64,000 nt of DNA from Octopus sinensis (taxonomy: Eukaryota), in assembly GCF_006345805.1 (NCBI RefSeq), contig NC_043000.1, forward strand, positions 110,236,001-110,300,000, read 5' to 3'. Position numbers and translations under genes: made by a program. A model generated the notes under the pieces. That model had not been told where the DNA came from. It searched no databases and saw only the letters and a list, made by a program, of their open reading frames with translations. Position 1 is the stretch's first letter, and every line of letters starts with the position of its first letter. This document shows, piece after piece, positions 1 through 13,130 of this stretch.

Positions 1-655
1 AGATCCATTTCTCATCACATGTTACAATTCGATTCAGAAATTATTCATTTTTGTGATGAGAAAGTAGCATAATGCAGGCTTCCAAATGTTGTTTCTGATT
101 TTCATTGAGTTCATGTGAAACCCACTTATCCAACTTTTTCACTTTACCGATTAGAGCTAGGTGAGTCAATATTGTTTGCTTGCTAACACCAAACAACAAC
201 GATAATTCACGGGCACTTTGAGATGGATCTGACTCAACAGTGGCTTTCAGTTCGTCATTATCCACCTCTGTTTCTGGTCGACAGCGTTGCTCATTTCTGA
301 GGTCAAAGTTACCAGAACGAAATTTTGCAAACCAATTTGATACTGTCTGCTGTGTAATAACATTAGAATGAAATACTCCATTAATATTCTGAGCTGTCTG
401 TGATGCTGTATTTCCAAGACAGAATTCATATTTCAAAACTGTATAAATTTCCAACTTATCCCTCTCTAAACAAAAATATCAGAAACGATTTATAAATACT
501 TTTTGAAGTGCAAAATGAGTTAGAATAAAGAAATAGATGTGTCAGCTTTTTAACAAAAAAAAAAAAAATTGTCAAAATACAATAATGGTGCAAAACGAGC
601 AGCTGTCAAAGTTTACTGTATATCTTACTACAAATTTCATACTTGATGGCCTAAT
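1..655 (-). mobile_element. Mariner (SETMAR/Hsmar-like) transposon, 5' part; runs off the window start
   Basis: ORF 41..454 encodes mariner N-terminal HTH motifs (LKYEFCLG..TASQTAQNI..WFAKFRSGNFDL..KKLDKWVSHEL). TIR-like end TATTAGGCCATCAAGTATGAAATT on the - strand near 630-655. Confidence 0.85.
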
Positions 656-667
656 ATCATAACTATA

Positions 668-717
<50 letters not shown>

Positions 718-1579
718 ACTAGACTCTCTCCCCAATGCCGTTATTACTAATTTTCTGTTTTGCCATGCATGTCTATTGTTTATCTCCCAATCACTCCATC
801 TTCTCAATTCCTGCTGTACATTGTTGCCAATGTAACTAAGAATCCTACTGCCTCTTTTCTGACCTTGTCCTTAACAGCCCTTTCATTGGCATAGGAAGCA
901 CTTATTTTTCATTTCCTCAGTCGACCCTTTAATCACTCAACAGTGTTTTTTAGTCTATGCTTACATGGCTACATTAAACCACTTCTAATCTACCATTTCC
1001 CCTTCCACCCCCTTTCCTGCCACTCTACTCTTGCTCCTCCTCTCCTATATAACATAAGCTGCAGTCAGCACTCTGTTGTTTGGGTCACATAAACCTCTGT
1101 GACACCACACTCCTGTATATATCTGTATTGCCTTTGATATATTCACATCTATCTCAGAAGGCTGAGTACTCCTACCACTCCACTGCTTAATGCACTTCCC
1201 TCTCAACCCCTATCCTCCATGCTTTTCCCCTTGTTAAGAAGCTGGTGAGTTTCCAGACATGGGGTTTTGTGGCACTTTTAGTAATGCCAAGGACATAGCG
1301 ACCCCTTTAGTGCTGGTGCCATGTAATACATGCTTAGTACACTTTGTAAAGAATATGGTTGTCAGGATTTTTTAGTCTGCATTTGGTAAACTGTGTGTTC
1401 AGCTGCCCACTGTGGTGAATGTGGCCTCCATCACTAAGAATTCATCTGGACCATGAAATTAGGTGAGGATCAATCAAGGGTTCAGAAGGTGTAGTCAGTT
1501 CCTTTAATCATTTGAGAAACTGCACTTTCTTAAATGCAAGTCCCGAGTCAATGTGTGTGTGTGTGTGTGTGTGTGCGCG

Positions 1580-1836
1580 CGAGGGAGTACCCAAAAGTAA
1601 CTGGAAACGTTCTCTGTGGAACAAATGCATTGTAGTTCAGGCTTCTGTCATTAGAAGCCACTTGATGTGACCCTCAGGCATCAGTCTGCGAAATGGCGGT
1701 AGCGGTTGTTGTTGTACTTCTGCTCATAAATTTTTGTGATGCTTGATATGAAGGAACAGCATGCTTCCCTGAAATTCTGTTTCTTGCAAGGGAAAATGGC
1801 AGCTGAAACAGTTGTCATGCTTCAAACAGCTTACAA

Positions 1837-1840
<4 letters not shown>
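1580..1840 (+). mobile_element. Mariner 5' fragment (TIR plus transposase N-terminus), truncated at a (TA)n tract
   Basis: GAGGGAGTACCCAAAAGTAACTGGAA resembles a mariner TIR. ORF 1736 reads MKEQHASLKFCFLQGKMAAETVVMLQTAYK (mariner HTH). Confidence 0.75.
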
Positions 1841-1876
<36 letters not shown>

Positions 1877-2504
1877 ACACACACACACACACACACTCAT
1901 GTAAGTGTGTGCATGTGTGTATGTATGTTTGTATACATACATAATCCAGGTGGTCTTTGTTAGAAAAACATCAAAGAAGGTGACATTTACCTAAGTGTTC
2001 CATGTGTCACATGATGCAGTGTTACATAATGTGTTCATAGAGTTTATCTCTGCAATTTGCAAATAGTTTCAAGGCCAAAGCACTCTTTTGTCTCTACATT
2101 GTTTCCACTCAATTTGCTAATTATAAACAGATAAAGTCTATGAAAAGATAATCCATATGCAGGCTATGGGTGAGTAGTTAAAATGTTAGCTTTGCAGCCA
2201 CATGGTTTTGGGTTCCATTCCACTGCATAGCATCTTGGTCAAGTGTCTTCTTCTATAACTCTAAATTGACCAACGTCTTGTGGATGCATTTGGGCAGAAA
2301 CTGTCTGATAGACTGGTGCAGTTTCTTGTATATGCGCTAAGTCATTCATATCATTTATACTCTGCTGCTTCATATACAGTAGATTGCACCAATCTAATTT
2401 ATATGTAACCAAAATGCATAGATCTGTTTATAAGATGCACCAACTCCAGAAACAGCTGTAAAGAACTACTTACACTTCCTGTTCATCACTTACAAAAATT
2501 TTAA

Positions 2505-2720
2505 TCAGAAGAACACTAATCCCTTTGGATAAACGGCCCTGTTCCATATGTAGACAAGGTGTTGACAGAGATTCTATACAGTGTGTTCAATGCAAACTGT
2601 GGGCATATAAGAGATGCAGTGGAATCAAAGTTAGGTCGATAGAGGAAGTAAAATTTGTTTGTGGCAGATGTGCAGGAGCAATAAATAAGATCAGGAAATA
2701 GATGTTCTGAAATACTCAGA
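2505..2720 (+). mobile_element. RTE LINE fragment encoding a Cys-rich PHD-like finger
   Basis: Translates to PCSICRQGVDRDSIQCVQCKLWAYKRCSGIKVRSIEEVKFVCGRC, homologous to 10500-10620 in the large RTE copy. Confidence 0.65.
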
Positions 2721-2964
2721 AGGATCCTAGGAGTAGTACAAGGAAGTGCATGAAAAAGTGACCTGTGGTCCATAGTGTAAATACAGAATGTGCCTAACAG
2801 AACCCGTTCTCACATACACTTCCACAATCTCCACTCTTTCCTTTTCTGAGTTCGTCATCTTAATGCAATCTTACAATCAACTAAAAAAGTGAGGATAATG
2901 TAGCAAACAGTTGACCAGTGCTTCATCTTTGTTCAGCAATTACAAGTGGTTGAAATGATACAAT

Positions 2965-3290
2965 GACATCATCATCATCATCGTTTAATGTCCGCTTTCC
3001 ATGCTAGCATGGGTTGGACGATTTTGACTGAGGGCTGGTGAAACCAGATGGCTGCACCAGGCTCCAATCTTGATCTGGCAGAGTTTCTACAGCTGGATGC
3101 CCTTCCTAATGCCAACCACTCTGAGAGTGTAATGGGTGCTTTTTACGTGCCACCAGCACAGAGGCCAGTCAGGCGGTACTGGCAATGACCTCACTCGAAT
3201 CTGTTTACACATGCTACTGGCACAGGTGCCAGTAAGGCGATGCTGGTAACGATCACGCATGAATGGTGCCCTTTGCAAACAAAAGGTTGG
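2965..3290 (-). mobile_element. RTE 3'-tail repeat ('family A'), representative of about 20 copies between 2.9 and 42.1 kb
   Basis: Shared core GCACGTAAAAAGCACCCACTACACTC...CCATGCTAGCATGGAAAxCGGACGTTAAA(TGA)n, the same as the end of the RTE at 11520-11720. Other copies near 4230(+), 5020(-), 6357(+), 18370(-), 19200(-), 20280(-), 21690(-), 23420(+), 23680(-), 30150(-), 31215(+), 31665(+), 32550(-), 32870(-), 35595(-), 40020(-), 40300(+), 41400(-), 41740(+). Confidence 0.85.
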
Positions 3291-3429
3291 ATGCTTTTTC
3301 ATGCGTGTAAATTTATTTCTGTATTTAAACTATGTCACAAATTCTGGGTTACTTTTTGTGCAGCACCCTGTTACATAAATGACTTAATTAGCAGTGGAGG
3401 AGGATACTTTGAAAGTATAGTTGCTAAAA

Positions 3430-3910
3430 TATGAATTGGTTGGAAAGAGCTCTGAGAATTTTATCTCTGTTGCTAACAAAAGGCCTCTCTCACAATGAAA
3501 GTCAGATTGTATGATGCCTGTGTATAAACAGTAATGCTACATGGCTTTGAATGCAGGGGGTATGCGAAGACCTCAAAGAAAAGAAACAAGTATGTTCTGA
3601 TGGATATGCAATGTCAGTGTGCATGTATGACAAAATACAAATGTGCTTAGGGAAAAATTGGGCATAAGAGGCATCATAAGTGGTGTGCAGGTGAGAAGAT
3701 TGCACTGTATGGCCATGTGGTGTGGATGGAGGAGGACAGCTGTATAAAGAAGTGCCAATCCCTAAAAGCAGAAGGAATATATAGAAGAGGTTGATCTAAG
3801 AAGACATAGAACAAAGTGGTAGACTTACCCCATGATGTTGAGTCTCTGAGAGGAGATGGTGGTGGACCAAGATAAATGAATGGTGTTACACTGTACTTGA
3901 GAAAACCAGT
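3430..3910 (+). mobile_element. RTE LINE C-terminal ORF fragment
   Basis: Similar to 10770-11250 (GCAACAAAGGGCCTCTC...AGATTGTATGATGCCTGTGT...TGGTATGGTCATGTG). Confidence 0.7.
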
Positions 3911-4634
3911 CTATCTCAGTAGAATCGAGTCTCTGTCAAGCCTACCCCAACAACTCATCTCCTATTTTCTTCCTTTCCCACTACACTGAACCAATATCCT
4001 CTTGTGTCCAACCCATTCCTCATCCCTAATCATCTGTCACACTATTTTCCCCCAGTGAACTTTCTATTCTGTCTCATAAACACGTACCTGGACCTCTCAT
4101 CTTTTTCTATTCTCTCTCACTTTCCAGGTGAACATGCCATGTACTCACCTGTTCAGTAACACACCTCCTGCTCTCTTTCTATCATTGTTTCTTTTTCCAG
4201 TCTGTACCCTGCTCAGTTGAGGGGTCTTATCCTGTAGGTACTTGGTGACCTTACTAGTACTGGTGCCACAAAATAAAAAAAATGAAAAACACCCAGTACA
4301 TTCTACTAAGTGACCAGCACTAGGAAGGGCATCCAGCTGTAGAAATTATGCCAAAGCAGACATAGAACTTGGCAGAGCCCTCTGGCACGTCTGTTCTTGT
4401 TCTGTCCAACATATGCTAGCATGGAAAAAGGGATATTAAATGATGATGATCCTAAGGATTTCGCTCACCTCTCTAGGTTGAATCAACAGGAAGGATCTCC
4501 CAAATTCTCTTCTGTCTCATCAAAGACATTACAGTATGGTTTTCCTGCATTTGTATTTGTCTACACAGGATCACTATGTACTTTCATCTTCAGGAAATTT
4601 TCTTGCTTTCTTATAAAATTTATATATTTTTACA

Positions 4635-4841
4635 TATTTTTTTACTACCCACAAGGGTAGGACAAACAAGGACAAACAAACAGTGCGTAACTGGTACTTA
4701 TTTAATCAACCCCGAAAGGATGAAAGGCAAAGTCGACCTCGACGGAATTTGAACTCAGAACGTAGCGGCAGACAAAATACCACTAAGCATTTCACCCACC
4801 GCACTAACATTTCTGCCAGCTCACCGCCTTGAAAAAAAAAA
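4635..4841 (-). mobile_element. tRNA-derived SINE ('family B') with 15-bp TSD
   Basis: A-box/B-box head (GGCGGTGAGCTGGCAGAA; GAGTTCAAATTCC) and central GCCTTTCATCCTTTCGGGG..GATxAAATAAGTACCAG domain. TSD TTATATATTTTTACA at 4620-4634 and 4842-4856. Confidence 0.9.
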
Positions 4842-6228
4842 TTATATATTTTTACAGCTTGGGAAACACATTAGACCAGTGTTTCTCTCAACCTTTTTAC
4901 CCTTGCGTAACCCTTAAAATAAATTATGTGTCTCAAGGAAACCCTGCACAAAAAAAAAATTATATACCATATCTTCTTCATATTTTTTCATTGTAGTTCA
5001 TGTGGTAAATATATATATAATCATTATCATTATTGTTTAACGTCCACTTTCCATGCTGGCATGGGTTGAATGCTTTGACTGAGGGCTGACAAGCCAGAAG
5101 GTTGCACCAGGCTCCAATCTGATCTGGCAAGGTTTCTAAAGTTGGATGCCCTTCCTAACGCCAATCCCTCTGGGAGTGTAGTGGATGCTTTTTACATGCC
5201 ACCGGTATGGGAGCCAGTCAGGCGGTACTGGCAACAACCACACTTGAATGGTGCTTTTTACATGCCACTGGTACGGGACCAGTCAGTTGGCACTGACATC
5301 AACCACAGCTGTATGTTGCTTTTTACATGCTACTGGCATGGGAACCAGTCTGGTAGGACTGGCATTGACCACACTTGAATGGTGCTTTTTATGTGCCACT
5401 GGCACGGGTGCCAGTCAGGTGGTATTGGCATCAGCCACAACAATGATTTCAATTGACTCAACAGGTCTTTTCAAGCACAGTTTATTGCCAAGTGATTGAA
5501 TTGTACTCTTAAATGGGCTGGTTATGCTACACTGGCATAGGCCACAGCTATGGTCTCACTTGGCCAGCTAGGTCTTTACAAGCACAGCATATCTCCAAAG
5601 GTCTTGGTCGCTTGTCATTGCCTCTGAAGCCCAACGTTCAAAGGTCATGCTTCACCTCCTCATCCCAGGTCTTCCTTTGTTACCAGCAGAGGTAGGAGCT
5701 CTCTGAACTTTGCCCAGGCTATTCTTATTCTAGCAGCTATGCTCTCAAAGCATCCACCTGCATGTTTGTGATATTTTTTTGATAACATAATAGGTTAGAT
5801 AGGACGATGTCTATATTACAATAACCAATAATATATTGTGCATGTATAGTAATATTACGATCATGAAATTAGCATTAGCTTATCTCACTGTTTCTCGCAG
5901 AACCCCTAGGAACTGTTTACAGAACCCCAAACTCTGAACAAAACTCTTTCAATCAATTTAAAATTATAGTATAATCTTAAGTTCCCAATTTTTCCCCATA
6001 TAAATGTCAATAAAAATAAAACTTTGCTTTTTTTATTGTTTGTGAAGACCATCTTTGCTGACTCCGACAGTTCCCTCTATACAATTTTCATTCACTTCTC
6101 TCACCTACTCTGCTACTTTTTGTCTTATTTTTAATCTTAGCTTCATTTCTTTGTAACTTCTGTTCTCTTTCTAACTTACTCTGTTATAACAATATTGTTA
6201 AAATATATAATAGAGAAACAATTCTTAA

Positions 6229-6635
6229 CCCTTTTGTCACCAACCTGGCTGAAACCAGCCTCTGGCTCTGAGTACAAATGTTTTGTTTTCATAAATTTTG
6301 AATTAAATTCTTCCACCATACCTTAGCCACAATTTATGTTCCTAACTCTAGTTAAAAGCACCACCCAATAGCAGCTGTTGCCAGCCCCCCCTGGCACGTA
6401 AAAAGCACCCACTACACTCACGGAGTGGTTGGCGTTAGGAAGGGCATCCAGCTGTAGAAACTCTGCCAGATCAAGATTGGAGCCTGGGGCAGCCTCCTGG
6501 CTTTCCAGACCTGGTTGAACCGTTCAACCCATGCTAGCATGGAAAACGGACGTTAAACGATGATGATGATGATGATGATTTAAAGTAATTGAAAGAAACA
6601 CAGAGCATCTCAACAAAAATACAGTAATGAAAGGG
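6229..6635. mobile_element. piggyBac-like MITE carrying a family-A insertion (6357-6580)
   Basis: TTAA at 6225-6228 and 6636-6639. Termini CCCTTTTGTCAC and GTAATGAAAGGG are an imperfect TIR starting CCC. Confidence 0.7.
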
Positions 6636-7029
6636 TTAAACACATTAATGTTTCTTAATGAAGTAACAAATATTCACATATAACAAGAACAAACCCAGAT
6701 ACCCCCATATCAGACATGGGGTTGGCAGGATTGCTAGAACGTTGGAAACAACAAACACCTCACAGATATTTGTTCCAGCTCTTTTCATTCTGAGTTGAAA
6801 TCCAGCAGACATTGTCAAATTTGCTTTTAGCCATTTTGGGATGGATAAAACAGAGTGCAAATTAAGTGCTGGGGTGTATGGTATTAGCAGATCCCTTCTC
6901 CTCAAAACTGCCGGCCTCAGAAGCAATCATTTTATCTTTTGATAACATTCTCTCTCCCTGTTTCACTTTGTCTTATAACTTGTGTCTCCAGCTCTTTGTC
7001 ATGATTTCCCCCAGCGGTCAAGTCTCGCC

Positions 7030-7352
7030 CTCTCTCAGTCTGCCTCACTAGTTGTTCCTTCTTGAGCTACACCTGGCTCATAAGGGCTGGTTTCCCAGTT
7101 TCCTTGGCGTGTAGATTCCCCACCTGGATGGGACGCTGGTCCGTTGCAGGTGAGCTGCAAGATGCAGGAGGAAAGAGTGAGAGAAAGTTGTGGCGAAAGA
7201 GTCAGCAGAAGTTCACCATTACCTTCTGCTGGAGCCACGTGGAGCTTAGGTGTTTCACTCATAAACACACACATCGCCCAGTCTGAGATTCGAACCTGCG
7301 ATCCTGCGACCGCGAGTATGTTGCTCTAACCACTAGGCCATGTGCCTCCACT
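7030..7352 (-). mobile_element. tRNA(Arg)-like SINE ('family C')
   Basis: The - strand reads GGCACATGGCCTAGTGGTTAGAGCAACATACTCGCGGTCGCAGGATCGCAGGTTCGAATCTC; homologous to 32108-32392. 3' limit approximate. Confidence 0.75.
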
Positions 7353-7644
7353 GCCTCACTAGTGACTTCTTACTGCTATTTCTATTTCTTGTGGCAAAGG
7401 CAGCTATTTATTTGACCACTTTCAGCTGTAGATTATATAAAGAACCCTTCACACATGGTTTCCCCAAACCTTCACATCACTTGCTCTGCTACTGACACTA
7501 TCGTAACACGTGAAATGACCAGCAGCAAAGCTAAGAAGTTTCTCTTATTTTTAATCTCTCATCGTTCATTCATTTAACTTGTAATACTAACATACTAATG
7601 TACTTGAGTTAAAATAACTCTAATAACTTTCGTAACCGCAACAC

Positions 7645-7830
7645 ACTCACCCATTCCTCCCCCCCCAACTGCAATACACTCACCCTTTCCTGCTCCCCCA
7701 CTCATCCATTCCTGCTTCCCCCACCTAACCGCAATACACTCACCCATTCATGCCCCCACCACTTATAACAGAGATCTCTTCTCTCATACCGGAGATTTCT
7801 TCTCTCATACAGGAAATCTCTTCTCTTATA
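7645..7830. repeat. Two adjacent minisatellites
   Basis: Degenerate CACTCACCCATTCCT-based units at 7645-7760, then 3 x ~21-bp AGATCTCTTCTCTCATACCGG-like units at 7770-7830. Confidence 0.7.
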
Positions 7831-8239
7831 TTGAAAACCTCTACCGGGTTCTGCTGCACTTCTGTACTACAAGACCTCTGTCCCCCGCCCCTGCCCTCCC
7901 TCCCCATCGCCAGCAAATATCCCCACTATTACATGCACCTAAAGGAGATGTGTTACTTAGTAAATTAACAGACCCCACCCTACCTCTTTCTTTCTCTTTC
8001 TCTCTTATATACAATGGACTAACCAAGAGCGGCTCATTCACTCACTTAATTTAAACATTGACATATTTATATTCACAGCAGAAACACTTGTATTTACAAT
8101 GCTTACATTATACTCACTCCTAATAGGGGCAACAATTTAAACACGTTTGAATGATGGTAGTTTAAAGCGAGAACAACTGTTGTGACATGTCTGTTATCAA
8201 ATGTTCACTGAAACCTTTTCAGGTGCTGGATACCATCTC

Positions 8240-11200
8240 TCCTTCTCATGTCCCTTTCCCTTTCTCAGAGTTGGCGCTGTCAATGTAGGCACATTGAAAT
8301 GTAGGTCTGGTGGGATTGTTGAGATGCTTGAATGGAGGCATGTCGATGTATGTTGAGGTAAGGTGGAGGGGAGCTTCAGCCAGGTTCCTCAAAGCAAGAC
8401 ACACAGGTATAAAATCTTCTGAGCAGGTAACAAAGACAGGGTTAGGGTGGATAAAGTCATAGAGGTAGTCAGAGTGTGCAACACAGTACTTAAGCTCAGG
8501 CTAGTCTTGCAGAATGGTAAAGTGACAATTATCTCTGCCTAAGAGTCATCCAACCAAAGTACAAATATATGGGAAATTATCACCTGTATCATCTCTTGTG
8601 AAAGGTAGAAGAGTCCAGTTTGCTGGACATTGTTGTAGAGCTGAAAACGAGGTAATTTCTACTCTTCTCCTCTGGAAGCTATCTGCTCACGATACCAGAG
8701 GGCACACACTCGCCTACTCTGATGTAATCTCCAGGGATACAGGCATCCAGCAACGGGACCTCCGTAATGCTATGATGGACCGTGAAGTCTGGCGTAACAT
8801 AGTAAATTCCTATGTCTCAACCACGGTCGAACAATGATGATGATGCCCCAGAAGCAAGCCTACCAAATGAACAGAAGGACCACTTTTATGATGTTCTGCA
8901 GGCTACCTCAAAGACGAGTGACATTGATCTCATCTTCGTGACTGAGATTTCAATGGGCATGTTGGACAGCAGCCTGGTATCTTCCATGGTGTATATGGAG
9001 GGGGGGGGGCATGGAATTGGTTCCTGAAATGAAGAGGGAACAAGACTACTGGAGTTCTGTGATGCAAATAACCTATTGATCTGCAACACTAACTTCAGGA
9101 AGCCAAACAGCCACCTGATAACCTATCAATCAGGTGACTGTACAAGCCAGATCAATTACATTCTCACCAGACAGCGAGATGCATGGTTGCTCTTAAATAC
9201 AAAGACTCATTCCTGAGTATAGACTAGTCATTAGTGACTTTAGGCTCCAGGCCAGAAGGGCATCAAGAAGACCAATATGGAAAAATAGGATTTGGAAGCT
9301 TGAGGATCCTTTGTATGGTTAGAGATTTAGGGACATCCTAATTGAGAAATTTGATGAGAGCGAGGAGGAGCTACAGTATGTGACATAGAGGGCAACTGGG
9401 AATTCCTGCGGAACAGCTTGCTGAGTGCCACAGACCAAACCCATGGTGGTGGAGTGATGCTGCAGACAGGATCATTGGACCAAAGAAACAGGCCTGGAAT
9501 AGTGGGGGTAGCAAGGAACTGTATCAGGTAGCCAAAAGAGAGGCTAGGAGATAGGTGTATCTAGCCAAGGAGAAGCTGAAAAGAAGTTTGCCTATGTTCA
9601 GTAATGTGAGGACCAAAGAACTGAAGTGTTTCGGAATGCAAGTCAGTGTATGAGAGAAAATTGTGATGACATAGGAGAGAAATGTGCCTGCATGGATGAT
9701 GGTGAACTTGCATTTAATGATTCTGCAAAGAGGTTTGGAAATGCCATTGTGAAAAACTGCTGAATGTGGAGAATGAATGGGAGGAGGAGAGCCTGCCAAC
9801 TGTTGACCTCATTGAGGGACCAGCTACCTGAATTGACAGTACCTTGGTAGATAAAGCAATTAAGAATATGAAGAGAGGGAAAGCCCCTGGCTCTTCAGGA
9901 ATCACTGATGAGATGCTTAAAATATCTGGCAGTGTGGGTTATGGTCTAGTCACCTGTATTATTAATCAGGTGGTTCACAAAGGCATCATACCCAGTGACT
10001 GGTGTAGCAGCACCACAGTCAACTGCTACAAAGATAATGGTGATGCCTTAGACAGAAATAACTACAGAGCTATCAAATTGTTGGATCAGGGATGAAAGTT
10101 ATGGAGAGGGTCACAGCACAACTAATTAAGGAGAAAGTTAGTTTAGATGAGATGCAGTTTGGTTTTGTGCCAGGGAGAAGCACCACTGATGCTATATTTC
10201 TGGTAAGGCAGCTGCAGAAGAAATACTTAGCCAAAGATAAACCTCTGTACTTGGCTTTTGGTGATTTGGAGAAAGCCTTTGACAGGGTTCCCTGATCCCT
10301 TATCTGGTGGTCAGTGTGGAAATTAGGGATAGATGAGTGGTTGGTGAGAGCTGTACAAGCCATGACAGGGATGCTGTCAGTAAGGTGAAAGTTGGCGACA
10401 AGTACAGTGCAGAATTCAGGGTACAAGTTGGGGTTCACCAAGTATCAGTCCTCAGCCCTATCTTGTTCATCATAGTCCTCCAGGCAATAACAGATCTGTA
10501 GAAAAGGCTTAGGTAGAAACACCATAAGATGCACCTGGTGTAAGCTTTGAACTCATAAAAGGTGCAGCAATATCAGAGGAAGGTTAACAGGGAAACTAGC
10601 TTTTGTATGTGGAAGATGCACAGATACAATAAATGCTGAAAATGTACAGAAAATAGACTCCATCAACTGCCAGTGGGGCAAGCTAGAGGTAGCAGATAGC
10701 TTCCATTATCTAGGAGACCAATTAGTAGTGGAGGTGGATGCTTCAAGAGCATGGCTGTGAGAATAAGATTAGGCTGGGTGAAGTTCAGAGAGCTCCTACC
10801 TCTGCTGGCAACAAAGGGCCTCTCTTTTAGAGTGTAAGGCAGATTGTATGATGCCTGTGTGCGAACAGCTATGCTACATAGCAATGAAACACGGGCTGTG
10901 ACTGGTTGAGGAAATGAGTAGGCTTGAAAGAAATAAAGCCAGCGTGTTTCACTGAATGTGTAGTGTTAGTGTGCCTGTATGACAGAGTGTAAGCATCCTG
11001 AGAGAAAAGTTAGGCATAAGGGGCATCAGATGTGGTGTGCAAGAGAGACGACTGCACTGGTATGGTCATGTGATGCGTATGAATGAGGACAGTTGTGTAA
11101 AGAAGTGTTGTGATGGGAACCTGTTGTAGAGGTAGACCCAGAAAGACATGGGACATGGTGGTGAAGTATGATCTTCGAACTTTGAGTCTCACAGGGGCAA

Positions 11201-11720
11201 TGATTAGTGACTGAGATCTTTCGTGATATGCTGTGCTTGAGAAGTGAAATCGCAGTTGTGGCTGATACTGGTGTCACATAACTAGCACATTTTGAGCGTT
11301 AGGCCTCACGAAAGCAAAGTGGCTGAGCTCCTTTTGAGTGTTGGGCCTCATGGAGGCAATGACCAAGCCCTTTGAAGCACCTTTTGAGCACTGGGCCTCA
11401 CAGAGTCAAAATGGCTGAGCTGCTTTCATGTGATGGACCTCATGGAGGCAATGATCGAGACCTTTGGCATTATGTCATGCTTGAAAAGAAGACCCATCAA
11501 ACTGAGCAAAATCGCAGTTGTGACACACAAATGGCACCCATGCCAATGGCACGTAAAAGCACCCATTACACTAATGGAGTGGTAGGCATTAAGAAGGGCA
11601 TCCAGTCATAGAGACCATGCCAAATCAGACGGGAGTCTAGAGCAGCCTTCTAGCTTGCCAGTCCTATTCAAACCGTCCAACACATGCCAGCATGGACAAC
11701 AGACGTTAAATGATAATGAT
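8240..11720 (+). mobile_element. Degenerate near-full-length RTE-clade LINE (APE endonuclease, RT, PHD-like finger, 3' UTR with (TGA)n tail)
   Basis: APE N-terminus LRVGAVNVGTLK at 8265. RT motifs KAPGSSGITDEMLK / YRAIKLL / QFGFVPGRSTTDAIF / DLEKAFDRVP in ORFs 9844 and 10092. Many stops and frameshifts; the YADD region appears deleted near 10497. Confidence 0.9.
8542..8843 (+). mobile_element. 3' fragment of a second LINE nested in the RTE endonuclease region
   Basis: Splits the host's ISAY|APQ-like sequence. Encodes a LINE C-terminus (RRVQFAGHCCR...REVWRNIV) and ends in (ATG)n. Confidence 0.7.
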
Positions 11721-12379
11721 GAATGCTTTTGAAGTTATTTCGTTATTTGCTTTGACCGAAGGCGGCAATTTGTAGAATCATCAGCACTTTGGCCCAAAAT
11801 GCTTAATGGGATTTCTTCTGGGTTCAGATTTGCTTTCCATTCTTTCAGGGTGGATAAAAAAGGTACCAGTTGGGCACTGGTGTCAATGTAATTGACTTTC
11901 TCCTCTCCTAAAAGTTGCTGGTTTTGTTCCAGAATTTGAAACCATTCTTTGTTTCAGTCTTCCTAACAAAGTTTTAAAAGTTATTTCACAAAAGTTTTTG
12001 ACTCCTTTTCATATTTCACTGTTTTATAAATTTCGGTATTTATTTAACTCTTTGCCATCTTTGTAGCCATCCAAACCGCTAAAATACAATACATGCTGAT
12101 AAAATCCGTATTATATCTGTGTGTGTGTGTGTGTGTCTGTCTGCCCCTCTACACACTCACATGTGTGTGTGTGTGTGTGTAAAAGTAGGCATACAGTTAT
12201 GTAAAAAGAAAACGTACAATATTCATTTATTTATATCCAAAAAATTATAAGTTATGATAAATATATTATTATGATTACTGACACTGTAGATATCAAAAAT
12301 GAAGCTAATTTAAAGCGCTAATAGTTTTAATGAATTAATTAACATTGATGTGATACTTACTATATACCTATTTTGCCCC

Positions 12380-12491
12380 CCATGTATACGTACATACACA
12401 CACATATATTGATAGAAATGGTCAGACAACAAAAGAATGTATATACACACACACACACATATATTAATAGAAATGGTCAGACAACAAAAGA

Positions 12492-12543
<52 letters not shown>

Positions 12544-12630
12544 TATATATACATACACACACTTATATATATATATATATATTATATATATATATACACA
12601 CACACATATATATATATATACATACATACA

Positions 12631-12678
<48 letters not shown>

Positions 12679-12703
12679 TATATATATACATACATACACA
12701 CAC

Positions 12704-12756
<53 letters not shown>

Positions 12757-12820
12757 TATATATATATATATTATATATATATATACATACATACACACAC
12801 TTATATATATATATATATAT
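12380..12820. repeat. Compound (TA)n/(CA)n microsatellite with a ~58-bp tandem duplication at its start
   Basis: ATAGAAATGGTCAGACAACAAAAGAAT occurs twice (about 12412 and 12467). All ORFs here are low-complexity. Confidence 0.9.
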
Positions 12821-12899
12821 TCATTTTAGATAATAAACTTCTCATTGTACTTTGTTTGGGTCAAATTACAAAGCTAAAAAACGATAAATAGATGACATG

Positions 12900-13130
12900 A
12901 AATCACGTGTTTTGTGAAAGAGGAAAGAATTGATCATGAGTTGAAATGGGAAGGGGAAAGAGAGAGAGAGAGAGCGACAAAGAGAAAAAGAGAGAGTGAT
13001 AGGAAAGAGAGAGGGGTAAGAGAATAAGAAAAGAAAGAGTGAGAGGTAGGAGAGTAAGAAAGGAAAGGGCAAGAGTCAGAGAAAGAAAGACAGGAAAGAG
13101 AGAGAGAGGGAAGAAAGAAAGTGAATTAGA
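12900..13130. repeat. Purine-rich (GA) low-complexity tract
   Basis: Read directly from the sequence. Confidence 0.85.

Noticed and set aside
4469-4560. Possible - strand exon (TAG acceptor, AG|GTGAGC donor) of an unidentified gene
   Set aside because: All three frames contain stops and no partner exons were found; could only be non-coding.
5200-5460. ~40-bp regularly spaced repeats (GGTGCTTTTTACGTGCCACCGGCAC) resembling a CRISPR array; also at 30300, 31215, 35760, 41740
   Set aside because: Eukaryotic context, spacers homologous to each other, no cas genes; these are internal repeats of the RTE 3' UTR.
4876-5940. hAT-like left ends CAGTGTTTCTC (4876) and CAGTGGTTCCCAACC (25202)
   Set aside because: No matching right TIR or TSD found, so element limits cannot be supported.
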